The notes under the pieces are model-generated. The model was not told the DNA's origin. It saw nothing but the letters and a program-made list of their open reading frames with translations, and ran no database searches. The position numbers and the translations under genes are program-made. Of a stretch of DNA of 64,000 nt, positions 1 to 13,927 are shown one piece after another; the stretch's first letter is position 1; the number at the start of each line of letters is the position of its first letter. The stretch is from Podarcis cretensis (taxonomy: Eukaryota): NCBI GenBank assembly GCA_951804945.1, contig OX638153.1:56730001-56794000 (forward strand). Direction: 5' to 3'.

Positions 1-37
1 GGTAACTGCTGCAATATAGGAGATGCTGTGTTGTAGT

Positions 38-145
38 TTAGGGATAGAGAACCTGTGGACCTCTAGATGTTGTTGGACCACAACTCTCATTATCCCTAAC
101 CATTGGCCATGTTGGGAGTTGTGGCAAACAACATCAGGAAGGTTA
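38..145. repeat. Short (~100 bp) palindromic MITE-like repeat; related copies near 5960-6090, 7830-7900, 19110-19220, 19810-19925, 40280-40420, 46280-46370, 47410-47520 and 61450-61565
   Basis: Shared pattern GGGAACCTGTGG..CCAGATGTTG..ACAACTCCCA..TGGGAGTTG..CAACATCTGG..CACAGGTTCCC, with self-complementary arms. Boundaries approximate. Confidence 0.6.
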
Positions 146-586
146 CAGATTCCTTATTCCTGGTGTAGTTGCTCCCCAACACATCCCTGTTAAAATGGAT
201 TGAACTGTGTTCTGGATCAGGAAAACTAAAAGATTTGGTCTAGATTTTGGTTCAGGTTCCATTTGATCCCCCAACTTCAAGAGCTTCAAATACAGCACAG
301 GGCTTTCATTGGATTTATATCTGGCAAACAAATATGGAAACATCACTGCCATTGTACAATGAGGTAGATTGTGATGTTAGTTCACACAACTGGATCATCC
401 ACTCATTGATGGATGAGACATGAGCCTAGCAGCCCCACAATCTTTTGAGGTTGCTAGTCCCAATATCCACAGATTCTGGAAGACCACTGATAATCATGAC
501 TGCAATTGTGTACTACATAGATTTCTCTATCCCACTCCCACAACCACCTCCTTAATAATAGTATGATGTTTGGTTTTCCCGTTCAG

Positions 587-1045
587 GCAATGGGCTGGAC
601 CTTTGTGCTGTTGATGACCTTGTTGGCATTCCTTGTTCGTTCCTTACGTCCCTGCTTTACTCAAGCCGCATTCCTGAAGAGCAAGTATTGGTCTCACTAT
701 ATCGACATCGAACGCAAGCTCTTTGATGAGACCTGCACGGAACATGCTAAAAGCTTTGCCAAGGTTTGCATCCAGCAGTTTTTTGAGGGCACAAATAAGG
801 ACCTAAGCATGGGTCATGCAACCTTTGTGGAAAAGACACCTTCCGAAACAGGAGAAGAGAAGGAAAAATTGCTGGGTATCATGGATCAAGGGACCATGAA
901 CAAAATTCTGAAGAACTGGCACAAATGTAAGCCCCCTTTGTGCCTCAGCCAAGAGGTGATCCAGAATGGGAATTGTTGGGCAGGAGAAATCACACACCCT
1001 CAGCCGCCTAAAAGAGAGTATGCTACCTATTACAGCAAAGTCTGA
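587..1045 (+). CDS. CALHM1: Calcium homeostasis modulator 1, last coding exon (first coding exon is upstream of the window)
   Basis: Acceptor ttttcccgttcag|GCA at 587. Translation [55 protein letters not shown]...ATYYSKV* matches the CALHM1 TM4 and C-terminus. TGA at 1043-1045. Confidence 0.95.
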   Translation, partial: AMGWTFVLLMTLLAFLVRSLRPCFTQAAFLKSKYWSHYIDIERKLFDETCTEHAKSFAKVCIQQFFEGTNKDLSMGHATFVEKTPSETGEEKEKLLGIMDQGTMNKILKNWHKCKPPLCLSQEVIQNGNCWAGEITHPQPPKREYATYYSKV

Positions 1046-1666
1046 GGACGGAGTGGAAGTAATCAGAAAGCATATTTTCCTTTTAGATCATGGCTTGGGA
1101 CCACACGTTTATCAAGGAGATCCTTCAACTATTCACTGTGAGAGCATCCAGAACACCTGTCCAAAAGTCTCCCCCCCCCCAGCTTTTCTGTGGACACTAG
1201 CATGGAATAGAACAAATAAACACGGACAATGCTCACCTGTTGATTTTGTCAAGGAGAAAAGAGATGTCAGAAAGACTAAATGGTGATGGCACCTTAAATT
1301 GGATGACTGCTGTGATACAAATAATATAACAAAAACTATGAGGTGGTTCATTGTTGGTTTGAATAAGATATTTATTCCCTGCTAAACTCTAAAGGATAGA
1401 CCATTTGTCTCAGCAGCAAGTAACATCACATTTTGATTTGAAAAATCTCTACCAATTTCTTCAGATGAAAACCACCTGCTAAGTCTTCATTGTATGTGAA
1501 AGGCACAAAACAGATGTTTCATTTTATTGTAAAGGAAAGACTAAAAACAGGTAATACTATCTGTACAGGGGTACATTTCTGTTGGTAGTAAAACAAAACC
1601 AACGTTTTCAAGACTTGCAGGAATGTTTTAGGCACAAACCAAAAGCACAAAGGCAGTATTTCAAAT

Positions 1667-1682
1667 ACACCAGAGGGCGCCA
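1667..1682 (+). promoter_or_regulatory. CTCF-like motif
   Basis: ACACCAGAGGGCGCCA resembles the CTCF core CCACCAGRGGGCGC. Motif match only. Confidence 0.3.
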
Positions 1683-3451
1683 TAAACTAGCAACAAATAC
1701 CTGACCATAGCAGCTATAAGGCTCTGTTTCTTCCCTTATCTCCTTATCATATAAATAAGACTTGTTTAGCTTTGACTTGTACAACATGCTCTGACAAAAT
1801 CTGTTTAGGATAAGAAAATGTGTTGAAGGGTATGCAGAAGTAGAGATGAATGAGTATGTTTTAAGGACAGTATTATAAATCCACTAACTGAAAGAAGGAA
1901 GAGCCACATTCAAATATTACAAATTAAGCTTAACTATCTGCCCCATAACTAAATGAATTGGCAGCGGATCTGGGGTAATTTCAAGATGTCTTGTCCTTTA
2001 ATAAGCATAGAACATCAGCTGCATTAACCCGAATGTTTCTTCTGAACCATTTAAGAAACCAATTACAATTTTCAGAGTAGTAGCCATGTTGATCTGTTGC
2101 AGCAAAAATAATTCAGAGTCTTGTGACACCTTAGCTTTCATAGACAAGAGAGCCCTCTGCATCATATGACCAATTAATGATCCAGTTTGCACTTCACATT
2201 AAAAACCATAGTTTGTTTTTAAGTACGGTTTAATGTGATGTGCAAGCTGGGCCAGTGTACCCATTCGTGATGTTCTCAACTAGTGTTCAGTGGAAGCTTC
2301 AATGGATTCCACAAAAAGTAGTCTTACTCTTGGCATCGGAATGAGGAGGATGCAAGGCAGGGCTATTCAACATGTCAGACATCACTGGCATGTCTATATT
2401 TATGTGCTTCCTGCTTTATCAAGTCATGTGTCGCTCAGTGTAGCCTTTGCAAAGCAAGTTTTCTTTAGCTTGATGATGAATGATGTTTTTGTTGTGACCA
2501 GTAGTGGTGGAGGAAAGAGGTAAAGGCCTAGACTCTACGGGAAATGGTTGCAGCTCTTGCTTATTTAACTACTATTGTACACACTTTGCACCCTACTAAT
2601 CTCCATCATCTAGATAGGACATAGGCTTACTTCTCACTGTAAGTTCCTTAGCTGTAAGAATTCAGCAAGGCCAGCCCTATCGTCAAGCACAGCAAGGCAG
2701 CTGTTTCTGAGATGATAGCAAACTGCTATTTCTAATTTATTGTTGTTGTATTTTTCCTGCCAAGGAGAGGTGAGATTTTCTGCCGCATGTGCCAAAATAA
2801 TTTCACCAGCCCTGGATATTATGCAGCTGGACTGGTGGGGTGGGTGTATATGCCCTTTACTGCTCCACCTCAGGCAGCAAAATGCTTCAGGCCAGCTCTA
2901 ACTTTGAACGGAAAAGGGGGGATTTAATAATAAATCCCTGGACACAGAACACTAGGTATCAGGAAGAAGAGCAATAACCTTGCCATCTTCTAGACATCTC
3001 TGTTTTTAATGTAGAGCTGAGAGAGACATCTAGTTTTGCTTTTTTTTGTTCTGTTTTTACGTAGTACAGATTTATCATCTCAGTGAGTGTCAAACTAAGT
3101 AAGATACTGGAGGAATATAAGAAGTCTCCTGACAGTTTTTGGTTTTACTTTAATATAGCTGCTAGAGGTTGCAGTTTTGATCAGTGCAATGGTGGGGAGA
3201 TGAGGTATTTAACTCATTCAATATAGCCTCCCTTTCCAATTAAAACTGACCTCCCCGAGGTGATGTTTTCTCGGTATGGAATAAGCTAAAAGGACCACAT
3301 ATACCCCAACCCCAGGCTGGTTGGAGAGAAGGAAGAGATTAAGTGTTCCCTCTCCTGCTGCTGCTCTGATCAATTTCACGGCTGCCTCATTGCCAGGGCT
3401 GCTCCCAAGACGTGCTGCTGCCTGAGGCAAAATACAGAATGATGCATCCAT

Positions 3452-3873
3452 CTAGGGATGGATGAACCTGTTAATTTCAGTTTCTCTCAATGTCTCATTT
3501 TTTCCACTCTCAAATCCAGTTTGTATTATTTTACATTTTTAAAAATGTTATAGTCTTCATGAGAATCATAGAGGAGGAATGTGCACTAAAATGCTAACAT
3601 ACACATATTGTCTGCAATTTTGGCTACTATATACATTTTTGCAAGCAATATAGTGCACTTTTGAATGCTGTTTCCCCTGTTTCCCCTAAAATACGCATTT
3701 TTATACACACTATTCCCTAATATGTGTACTTTTGTACACATTTCAGTTTGGAGAATTGCATCACAAAATTTGGAGAAGTGTGAATTTCAGGGTATAGCTG
3801 CATTTCGGTTCACATATTGTTTCAGAAAGAGTGGATCTTAATGTGGATCAGACCAAATTTCTGCCCCATCCCA
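3452..3873 (+). mobile_element. Old non-autonomous DNA-transposon-like repeat (TAGGGATG-type end)
   Basis: Starts TAGGGATGG and ends CCCCATCCCA. Shares aaaatttggagaagtgtg and catattgtttcagaaag with an inverted copy at ~6931-7318. Confidence 0.55.
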
Positions 3874-6800
3874 TTCAAAGTACAGAAGTTGACTGTTCTG
3901 GCACTTGAACAGTCAACACTGGCAATGGGATAACATCCCCACATGCTCCGAGGACAGATGGCTTGTTTAGCAATTGTACAACAACCCTGTGACACACATA
4001 CGGTAGTTCTAATCTCCAACGGAGTAGAATGGCTGGAGGGATGCTCCTCTCCCCCACTAGTATCTGCCACCTAGTATCTGCCACCTGAGGTCATTGCTGC
4101 ACTCTGCCTCACTTGTAGAGGCTAATCATACAGCAGGGCCACATGGCTGGCTCTGCCCTAGCTCCTCTGGCTTCCAGATGGGATAGTGTGTTCCTTTGTT
4201 CTGGGACTATCAAGAGCTGTACTCTTTATAATGACCTACTAGCTTACACTTGTACAGGTTCAGCAGGTACTACAGGAAAGCACAAAGCACAGGAAGGTGA
4301 GTTTACGCATGCACATTTAGAATGTGTGACTGCAGCTTCAAGTGACAATATGTAGATATGGAAGCCCTCACAGTAGGGTGAATCCAATGTGGGGTCCTAA
4401 TTATGTTTTTGGGTGTGCGGAATCCAAATCTATTATTGTTGTGATTGGACAATATTTAGCTTGGTAAATCTATGTTTGATAAAGAAGCACATAAACTGTT
4501 TTCAGAAAAACAAAGAATTTTAATTTTACCTTCTGAAAATATCAGGTAATGCTAACATTTTACTTACCAAGTTTTACTTACCAATATTAAATATTAATTT
4601 AACCATAATAGCTTTTGAAATTATGGCATCTCAGTAGTTTGTTTTTAATATTTTTTTATTAAAAAAACCTTCTAAATGTTTTAATCTTAAACTTATACAG
4701 GTTTAAATTTTTTAAAAAATTAATTCATTTTTTTAGGTGGCACCCACAATACCCAAAACATACTAACAAACTACAAGTCCATATAATAGAAAAAATGCAG
4801 CATGTTGTTATTTACTGTGCATCCTAACATACATAAATTTAAATAATGAGTTCACTGTGAAGCATATTCACTGCATTCTGCTTAGGTGTACAACTCTAAG
4901 TTAAATATCAAGTTTTAGGAAAACCTGTTCTTCCTGTTTGCAATGGAAGTAATTTGTGCCAGTTGCTGCCTGGTTGGCTCCCCATGTGGTAACCAGGCAT
5001 CAGTTTGGGGAGTTGTGATAGCACATTCTTCCTCCCAATATCTGGGCTCCTATGGGGGGAAGGGTGGGATATAAACTTAATTAAATAAATAAATATTTTG
5101 CCTGTTTCAAAAAATAATAATAATGGAGAATTGATAGGTGTTCTTTGTTTTCTTTTAGGCTGCAGTCCTGTGCTCACTTACCCATGAATTTGTCTGAATT
5201 TGTCTGAATAGGATTTGTATAGTGTTATGAGTTTGGGGTGTTGAAATGTATGCCGGAACCCTCTAATCTCTGGATCCAGCAAGTGTTAAAATCAAATCAA
5301 GCCTTCTAATTCCTGGAATAGCGAAGCTAGCCTCCTGGAAGGTGTAAGGAGAACAAAGGAAGGAGCTCTGTGGGAGAGGGCAAATGGGTGAGGCCCCTCC
5401 CTCAACTTGATAATTGGAAAGAGTGAAAAATAGCAGGGATGAGGGCCAGATGTAAAGCAGCAAGCTGGGAGAAGACTGAGACAGAGCAATGTTTGATGCC
5501 TGCTTAAATCTAATGCTGTGGCTACAGGAGAAACAAGACCCTTTTGGAGTGTTAATACTGTGAACCCCTCCATTGTAGACTCAAGTTGTATATATGTGTA
5601 ATTAAACCATATATCATAAAGACACTACAGTCCCCAATATGCCTCATTTCCAAAAGGAAACACAAACCCTGGGTAAGTGTCTGGAACCCCTGGAATCTCG
5701 CACTGCTGAGAGATTGGGGTGGCACACAACAAAACAATTGTGCTGCTAGTTCCCTTTGTATAGGTCCTTTATCTGATTTATATTTATAGCTAGACACCAG
5801 TATGGCAAATATGCATATTAATTATACACAAGTGAGGAGAGGGGAGTCCTTTACACATGATTCCCGGCCCCTGGGAACCAGTATCAGTTTTTCTCTGAAA
5901 CTGAAGAGCAAAAGCCTTCCTTATTTATTCCCAAATGTTCTGGGGCCTGGATATCAGAGACAGAGACCCTATGACCTTCCAGAGGTTGTTGGACTCCAAC
6001 TCTTATCAGTCCCAGCCAAGATGGTCAACAATTAGGGATGCTGGGAGTTGTCATCAAACAATGCCTGGAGAACCACAGGTTCCCCATCACCACTGTAAAT
6101 CCTATCTGCAGCACTGTATCCCGCTGTCCTTGGGATCTCAGTGTCTTTGATTGTCACGGTGCTTGGTTCTCTCTCTGCTTGTCAGTTGCTGCCATGGGAA
6201 ATGCAGACAGGAACAATGAAATGGTGAGACTTGTAGAACTGGGAAGCACATGTTTTGGAGGGTAGTGCAAACCTCTCTTTCAAACCAAATTGACTCTTTT
6301 CAGCACGTCTGTTTATGTAGAACAATTGTGCTTAGGTGATGGGGACAGGGATCTCAATTGTACACACAAATAGACCCTTTCAGACACTGAAAAGAATGTG
6401 ACTAGGACTCAAGGGCAGACCCTGAAGCCCCCCTGCCTATGTATGCATGTTCTCCACTTGAATGGCTGGAACAGCTCTTGAGTTCCCTGTACACCTCCCC
6501 ACTCAGGAGCAAGCAGGATGTGCCCTGGCATAGATACTTAAAGAAAAATAAATACAGTTTAGAGAACAACTCCAGATTCCATTCAGTAAGCACTGTTAAA
6601 TTTAGTTGAAAGCCACTTCTTACTCACCATTTCCTTTTCTTTACTATGTGCTTCCTTTGTCACAAACGGAGATTAACTGCTAACTGCCAACAATTAATTA
6701 GACCTGTCCTTCTTATGAGACACACAGGTCTGGAACAACCCTTTATTTCATCTTTTTCCATCACACAGATTGCCTTGCTCTCTCTGCCTTGCTTTCTCCA

Positions 6801-6930
6801 TCCAATGAGTTGCCCATCTCCACAATGTATACTCCCTTCATTCCCTGTTACAATGCTTCAGGCCCAGCTCAAGAGATTTTGCTGCCTGTAGCGGAACACC
6901 AAATGGTATCTGTCCCAAGTAACATTTGGC

Positions 6931-7318
6931 GATAGGGGAGAAATCACATTCAGTTCACATTTAAAGCTGAACCCACCTAATTTGCACTTTCTGAAACAAT
7001 ATGAAACACTGACACTCCTTAACATCCACACTTCTCCAAATTTTGCAATGCATCTCCAGTCAGATTTTATGTGCAAAAATATGTACCTATACTAACGTAA
7101 ACTGTGCATAAAAACATATGTATTAGTGAAAATAAATTTCAAAAAGCATTTCATTAGGGAGAATTGCTTTGAAAAAATGTGCATAATAGGCAAAATTGCA
7201 CACAGAAATATTAGGATGAACTTACACTAAAATGTTGGTGAATTTAAAAAACTGAATTTAAGATTGGGAGCGGGGGCGGGGGGAGATAAAAGGAAACTGA
7301 CAGATTTGCTGATCCTTA
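6931..7318 (-). mobile_element. Second, inverted copy of the same repeat family as 3452-3873
   Basis: The reverse complement contains aaaatttggagaagtgtg and catattgtttcagaaag. Confidence 0.55.
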
Positions 7319-8178
7319 GTCACAGTGCTTAATACCCACAAGTACTATGACAGTAAGCAAAAGCCCAAACTTCAAACATGGCAATTGCTGTTCTTTCATG
7401 ATTCATTAATCCATCTGTCTGGAGTGGCTGCCTTTAACTGCCTGAAGGTATGGCCAGCTCTGTTATGTTTTGTGCTTCATCATGCTCTGTCTCCAGAACA
7501 CGACCTGAATAGTGGGTCCTCTCAGTGCCAGCTTCTCCCTTCCAACAGCTCACTCTGGCACTACTCACTAATAGATTTGACTATGCACACCCTGTCTGTT
7601 TCCTGCACTTGTAGGCTCAAAGCTTGCCACGTGGATATTAGTGGCTAAGAAAAGAAAGAGCATAAGCAACATGAAGAGGTGGGCATCAAGCATGAGAGCT
7701 GTGCATATGAAATCTGAAAACTGGTTAGTTCAGTTATAAAAGGAGCCACCGCGAGGGATTATATTTAAGTAGATTTTTAAGGGTAAACAGGAATTCAACA
7801 CCGGGGCACAGTGCAGCAGATCAACTACATGAGGGATGGGGGACATGTGGCTCTCCAGATGTTGCTGGACTACAATTCCCATCAGTCCCAGTGGGCGTGC
7901 CCAATTGTCTTATGGGTCCTGCCATTCACTGTCAACACTGGACCACAGCCAAGGACACAAGAGCTGAAACTCCAGAATAAGGACAGGAGCTGGGTGCAAA
8001 GCTGCAGTGAGTCTGCAGATGGCACTTGAGACAGACATAAAGGTATGTCAGGGTTCAGAACCAGACAAGCAGTCAGATCAGGGCTATAAGTACTAAGAAC
8101 TGGAACCAAGACCTGATTCAGCAGAGGTTGTGGCCAGGTAAACAGTCTTCAAACACACATTGCAGGGAGTTGGACTAT

Positions 8179-8467
8179 CAGGCACGTCCAACTCCCAAGA
8201 GAGAGGGGGGAGTCAAAGTTGTTGAGCATTTTTAGGGGGGCCAAAGTTGTTGAGCTTTTTTTAGGGAGGAAAAGCTAATCTAGCTTTATTTTTTTTGGGG
8301 GGGGGGACATCGCACACTTATTACAACAACGGCACAGCAGTAACAGCTACTTTCATTTTCTAACGTGCCGACTACATAAGCATTTGACACAACAGAGGAA
8401 AAGAGTGACGAAAGCTGGGGGTGAAGACTTTAACTCCACTGTGGGGTTGACCAGTTGGACATCCCTG
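8179..8467. mobile_element. hAT-type MITE, same family as 17321-17817
   Basis: Termini CAGGCACGTCCAAC...GTTGGACATCCCTG. Left end CAACTCCCAAGAGA is shared with 17321. Confidence 0.6.
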
Positions 8468-11400
8468 GACTAGATGACTGCTTGAGTCCCAAATCTCACA
8501 GTGAGAGAAGTGCCAGAAGGCCCTCGGTGCTGGACCTCAGTGTCCGGGCTGAATGATGGGGGTGGAGACGCTCCTTCAGGTATACAGGACCAAGGCCGTT
8601 TAGGACTTAAAAGGTCAGTACCAACACTTTGAATTAGAATTATCAGAGAGCACAAAGGCTGAGAACCATGTAGCCTGCCCAAGCAGTCAAACCTGGAAAC
8701 ACTTAAAGCCCATGCTAAATTGGGATGAACTATTTGGTTTCCTTGGGGCTTGAATTCATGCTAGAGACTGGAAGAATGACATTTCCTAACTCTTCTGCAC
8801 TTCAGAACTCAGATGTGCATTGTAAGTGTATGTGACTTCTGAATATTTCTTACTCAGTTATGCCATTACAAAGTTCCCTCTATTTATAGAGCAGGGCTTC
8901 CTGCCTATGGCATAGTTGTGTACACCAGCTGAAATAATAGGCAATCCATTAAAATAAAATTCCAGAAGAGTAGCTATGTTAGTCTGTTGCCACAAGGAAG
9001 GTAAATAGTCCTTTCAGACAGGTGGTGGTTTCTGGTAGCTTTAACACTGCAGATGGCTAACCATCTGCTGTGGATGATACTCCTGTCCCCAATTAATAGA
9101 AAGGGCAGTGGACTAGCCTTACTCCCAATGGAAAACCTTTCTATTAGAAGTCTGCATTGTAAAAATAAATAAATATCAGAACAGAAATAAAGATACAGAA
9201 TCAAGAATAGAAAGCAAGAGAGAAAAGGGGAGAAAATGTATAGCTAGGTTGGGGATGGATATGTATTTTAAAATGTATGTTATACCCTGATTTTCTTTTT
9301 AAAAGAAATGAACCCAAAGAGGCTTACACGAAACATCAAAATCTATCATTTATTTGGAATACTTAGAGTTTTATCCAATGTAGTGCTAAGAAATTGTCCT
9401 ATCAGTACAAGGACTTCCTCCCCTCTCTTCCCTCTGTGCGTCCAAGTTTGTTTTGGAGCAGATTTGGGGGTGGTACATGCAAGAGGGAGAGGAGGGAGGA
9501 GAGTCCTGTTACAGGAGCATAAGAAGCCTTACAGCCCGCTTTTTAGCCCTGAAAGGTGCTCAAGTAGTCTTACAAAAAATTCTCACAATAAAATGATATC
9601 CAAATGTAGTATCAGAAACAGAAATGTCCCTGTGCCAACACATTATTCAGGTGGCATTTCCTGCCACCTGGCATCGGTCGTCCTTAGTGTCATCATGCAA
9701 GCCCAGGATGAAGGCAAGTCTTCCCTTGCTGCTATTTGGCAGCTGCCAGACAATGCTTCCCACTGAGATTCTCTAACACCTGGGAGTTGGAGTGGGCAGC
9801 TGGATCTTGCACAGCCCATGATGGCTGATACATATAAAAGCCCCAAATGGCCACACACAAAAAACCTTCAAAAACAACAGTGAAACAAATATACCACATC
9901 ATTATTGTATCACCACATTGCAGCAGGAGCTCATAAAACAAGACAATGGGACAAAAACAAACCAAACAGGAACAAAAAGCCAGGATTTGTCTTGGTGACT
10001 GAAGGCCCAAACTGATATGGTCCTCCTTGGAGAAGGCATTCCATGAAGTTGTCCCTCAGCTGAAAAAGGCCTGCTCCCTAGTAGATGCCTGCGGGCTTGA
10101 GAGTTAGCCGTTGGGGACTCAACGGTAATGACAGGCATGATCCAAAAGGGTCCATTGATGCTCATCAATGTCACCACAGCAAACAGCAGCAACAACACAC
10201 GAAAACCCCACTGTAGCACTTGCTTGTCTTTCTGACATCACTCAGCATTATGGATTCTTAGTCACCCTTTGCTTTAAAGACAGTGGCGTTTTATCTCACC
10301 ATAATTACAGTACTTACTTAGAGCAGCGTGAACTTTACTAGGAAAAGCTTATAAAATATGGTGAAGTAACCATAACAGCACCTATATCGCCAACTGCATC
10401 ATCTTGTAAAGGCAAAAATCCTTTGTTCTTGAGCAAGCATTATTTTGGGGGCCAGAGAAGAAACTGCAGTGCCTATTTTCACAGCCCAGACAGCTGAAGC
10501 AAAGGTTGTTTTTTTTCTGTTCTGTGAATGAGTCAACTTGATCTGGTTATGAAGAGTTTCATTTTTTCCACTAATTTCCCTACCATTTTTTTCCTATCAT
10601 TTCCCTACGCTTTTCTCCTTTTCTTAAAGGCACAGTGTTCTGTTTGACAGCAAGAGGATGAATCTCACCAATTCTCCCTCCCTCCCTCCCTCCCTCTACA
10701 ATCCCCACCCAGACGGAAGCCTCTCCCCTCTCTTTGCACATGAAAATTAAACAAAAAACCCAAAAAAACCTACACCACCCAGGCCCTTTGCAGGCAAAAG
10801 GAAGCTGCTGGATAGCAGCACACTCACACTTTTTAACTATTTCTTCTGTCAGTGGCAATTTCTGCATCTGATCCCATTCTCTGTCCTCATGTGCAGGGCA
10901 GCCAGATGTTCCTGGAATAGATTCAAAACCCACGTGGCCAGCTAAAAAGAGGCTCGGGAAACTGATACAGTGACCTGCAGAAGTAAGTAACTTTTTTTCT
11001 CTCTCATCAAGTTTCATTTTGATTTTGGGAAACCTGGAGCTTTCTGAAAACAAATACATGCACTAAATATATCTACTTGTGATTATTATTATTTTTAATA
11101 AAACAATCCCAGCACCACCACCCCTCTCCTATTATTAGCAAGAAAGAAGTTTGCTCGGATGTCAGATGTCAGGGCTAGAGAAGTAGAAAAGATCACTTTT
11201 GCCGCCTGTTTGCTTCCACTGTAAAAAATTCTCAAACTATTTTTGTGCAGCGGTAGCAAACTGGCAGCAAGCCCAACTGGTTTACACACAATAGCTTACA
11301 CACTATATAGTTATCTGCTCTGCTATGTGAGCAGTTCTTTCACATCTTCTATCAATATTTCAATTTCAAGTGGTGCTTTTGTTTTGTTTCGATTTCAACA

Positions 11401-12354
11401 AGCCCTGCACAAGAACGTTAAAAAAATCTACAAATCTCTGGGTGGGGTAGTTGGTCTGTGTACGTACTGATGTGCGTGGCTGTTTCTGACATTCAGGCCT
11501 TGGTCTAAGGGTGTGGCTCTCAGGCACAAGGATGACATGTGAGATGCCAGACGTATATATTTTTTGCATTTATGGTGCAATATAAGAGTAATAGATTCCA
11601 TCAGCATTAACATGAGGTTAATAGTGTTTTTATATTTTCCTGAAGATTATAATGGAGGGAGGGAAAGAGAAGGAATGGGAAAGCCTGTCTACTTCCCTAC
11701 TCCAACCTGCCTCTTCCCAGATATATTAGAGATTTAAGGTGCCAAAATTGCTGCATAGAAGTTCAGTTCCGAGTATTAATGTGGATTCAGTCCTTCAGTC
11801 CGGAGAGTGCATGACTCAAGCACGTGTATGAGTAGATGGAAAGGAATTTCCTGGTTCTTCCTCTCACTTGTATAATCATTTTAATTTCTGCTATCTTCTG
11901 TACTGCAAGTACTCAGGCTGAAGATGCATAAAGCATTTACATAAGAAAAGGCCTGCCCAAAGTTCAACATCCTGTTTTCACAGCGGCCAACCATAATCAT
12001 ATGGGAAGCCCACAAACATCCTTTAATTGATAAGACTTGCAAACTAAGGGGTTAATTGACTTGCATTGATGAGGCCCAATTAAAATCTGTAGGAGAAAAT
12101 TATATTTAGCTGGACGGCACCAGGTGCTGTAATGACCACAAAGTAAGCTCCATTGAATTCAGCACGGCCTACCCCCAGGTATGTGGTGTAGGACTGCAAC
12201 CTAAAAATGCCTACAAGATTTTTAAAAACATAAGCTACAGCCCCAGATTGGTTTTAGCTGTACTTAAGGCATGATGGGAGACTGTCCATGACTTGGAAGA
12301 CCATACATCTACCTCATCTTTCCTCCTCTGGCAGTTTGAATTAATGCTTATTAT

Positions 12355-12491
12355 CAATGCTGTTTTTCTAGTAAAAGAGGTGTTGGGACTCATCATGAAC
12401 ACCTCCCTTGTTCTCTTATAATGGCAATGGCACCCACGTGAGAGGTGCTGGAACTGAGTGCCAGTGAGTTCTAGCTGAAAAAACAACCCTG
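12355..12491. mobile_element. hAT-type MITE (137 bp)
   Basis: Imperfect TIRs CAATGCTGTTTTTC / GAAAAAACAACCCTG with a perfect 8-bp TSD CTTATTAT at 12347-12354 and 12492-12499. Confidence 0.7.
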
Positions 12492-12699
12492 CTTATTATT
12501 ATTATTTGATGCAAAACACAAGCACGGTCAAGCTATTTGGGAACAGGGAACATAATCCTATGAAATGCAGCATATATGTATTTGTTTTTTTAAAAAAAAA
12601 CATCAGAAAATACAGCACATTAAGTTAATTTTATCACACGTTTCCCAAATAAGAGGATTGGTAAAAGAAACCCAAAGGGTACTGTTATAAGTGCCATAT

Positions 12700-13450
12700 C
12701 TTTTCAGGAAGCTAGGAGGTTATGTCAGAACAAAACACTATAACAGAGTCTCCTCAAATGGAACCAATACCACAGCTTAGACAATGTACAAACAAGTCCA
12801 AACGGAACACAGAATGGTTAAAAATGGAACACAGAATGGTTAAAAATAGCAGAGTCAAGGAAGCTATAAAAGGCAAGGAAGCTTTCTTTAAAAAGTGGAA
12901 GTCTTGCCCTCTGGCGGGGGGGGGGGAGCACACAGGCAAGCTGTGTGTAAGTCAAGCAAATAAAGAACTTGAGGAGAATATTACAAAAAAAATTAAAACT
13001 CAATAAAATTCTGTGAAGACAGTAGGATGACACTGGGGGTGTTAGATAACAGAAATGTGTCAAAATAATACTTCAGGAACACAGGGGATTTATTTTCATA
13101 AAATTTAGCAGGCATGGATAAAAAACCATGTCCTTTGTGGATTTGTAACACACTAAAAATCAGTAAACACATAAATGGACTGAGAATTGTTATGGTGGAG
13201 GGAAGTAAACAGTCGCATCCCCTAAGAATCTGTGTTGAAAAGTGATCTAGTGTTTAACTATAAATGATATGAAGTTCAAGGTGAAGAGGGTAGTAACCTA
13301 GTTTAGAAATGACTTCAAATTATTCATTTTTCAAAATGCTGCAATCCAGACCAGAGTGAGAACAACTCACGGGTGGGGGACACCTCTGAATAAATGAGCA
13401 ACAGAATAGCAGATAGTATTCAATGTAAATACAAAGTGACGGATATTGGA
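12700..13450 (+). mobile_element. Degraded CR1 LINE ORF2 fragments
   Basis: Peptide RVKEAIKGKEAFFKKWKSCP resembles CR1 ORF2. 13200-13325 is a decayed SGVPQGSVL...INDL...KFADDTKLF RT segment with stops and frameshifts. Confidence 0.6.
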
Positions 13451-13680
13451 ACAAAACAAATCCTACCATAGTTTGAAGGAGAATCTAGAATTATCCATTT
13501 GGAGGACTGAAGGGACAACAGAGATGGTTACTTGTGGGGTAACTTTTTTTATTTATTTGTTGCTCCTGGCCCTAAGCTGCATTTATGGATGGTGAGGAAA
13601 AGAATGAGGGATCAGGCTTCAGGCCTGCAGAGTGTTGGGGACTGAATTGGCTGTAACTGTCATAGAAAGAGAGATTGGGG

Positions 13681-13927
13681 CAGGGTTGCCATATTTCAAA
13701 AATCCAGGCACAAAAGTTGTTGATTTTTGGTTTGGTTTTTTGTTTTTTTGGGGAGGGGGCAATGTTGTTGAGTTTTTTGAGAGGTTTTTAAGGAAATTCT
13801 ACACTTACGACATGGGTTGCCATACATCTGTATTTTCCTGGACGTTCGAGTGATTTCTGCCTGGACACAGCTTCTGACATCCAAATCTCTGGTATGTCTG
13901 GGAAATTCCAGTCATGTGGCAACCTTA
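13681..13927. mobile_element. hAT-type MITE (GGGTTGCCA termini)
   Basis: CAGGGTTGCCATA ... TGTGGCAACCTTA inverted ends. Confidence 0.55.

Noticed and set aside
9308-9766. 152-aa ORF, and similarly 10580-11059 and 30726-31190
   Set aside because: No recognisable protein features or exon context. They run through repeats or antisense to real exons.
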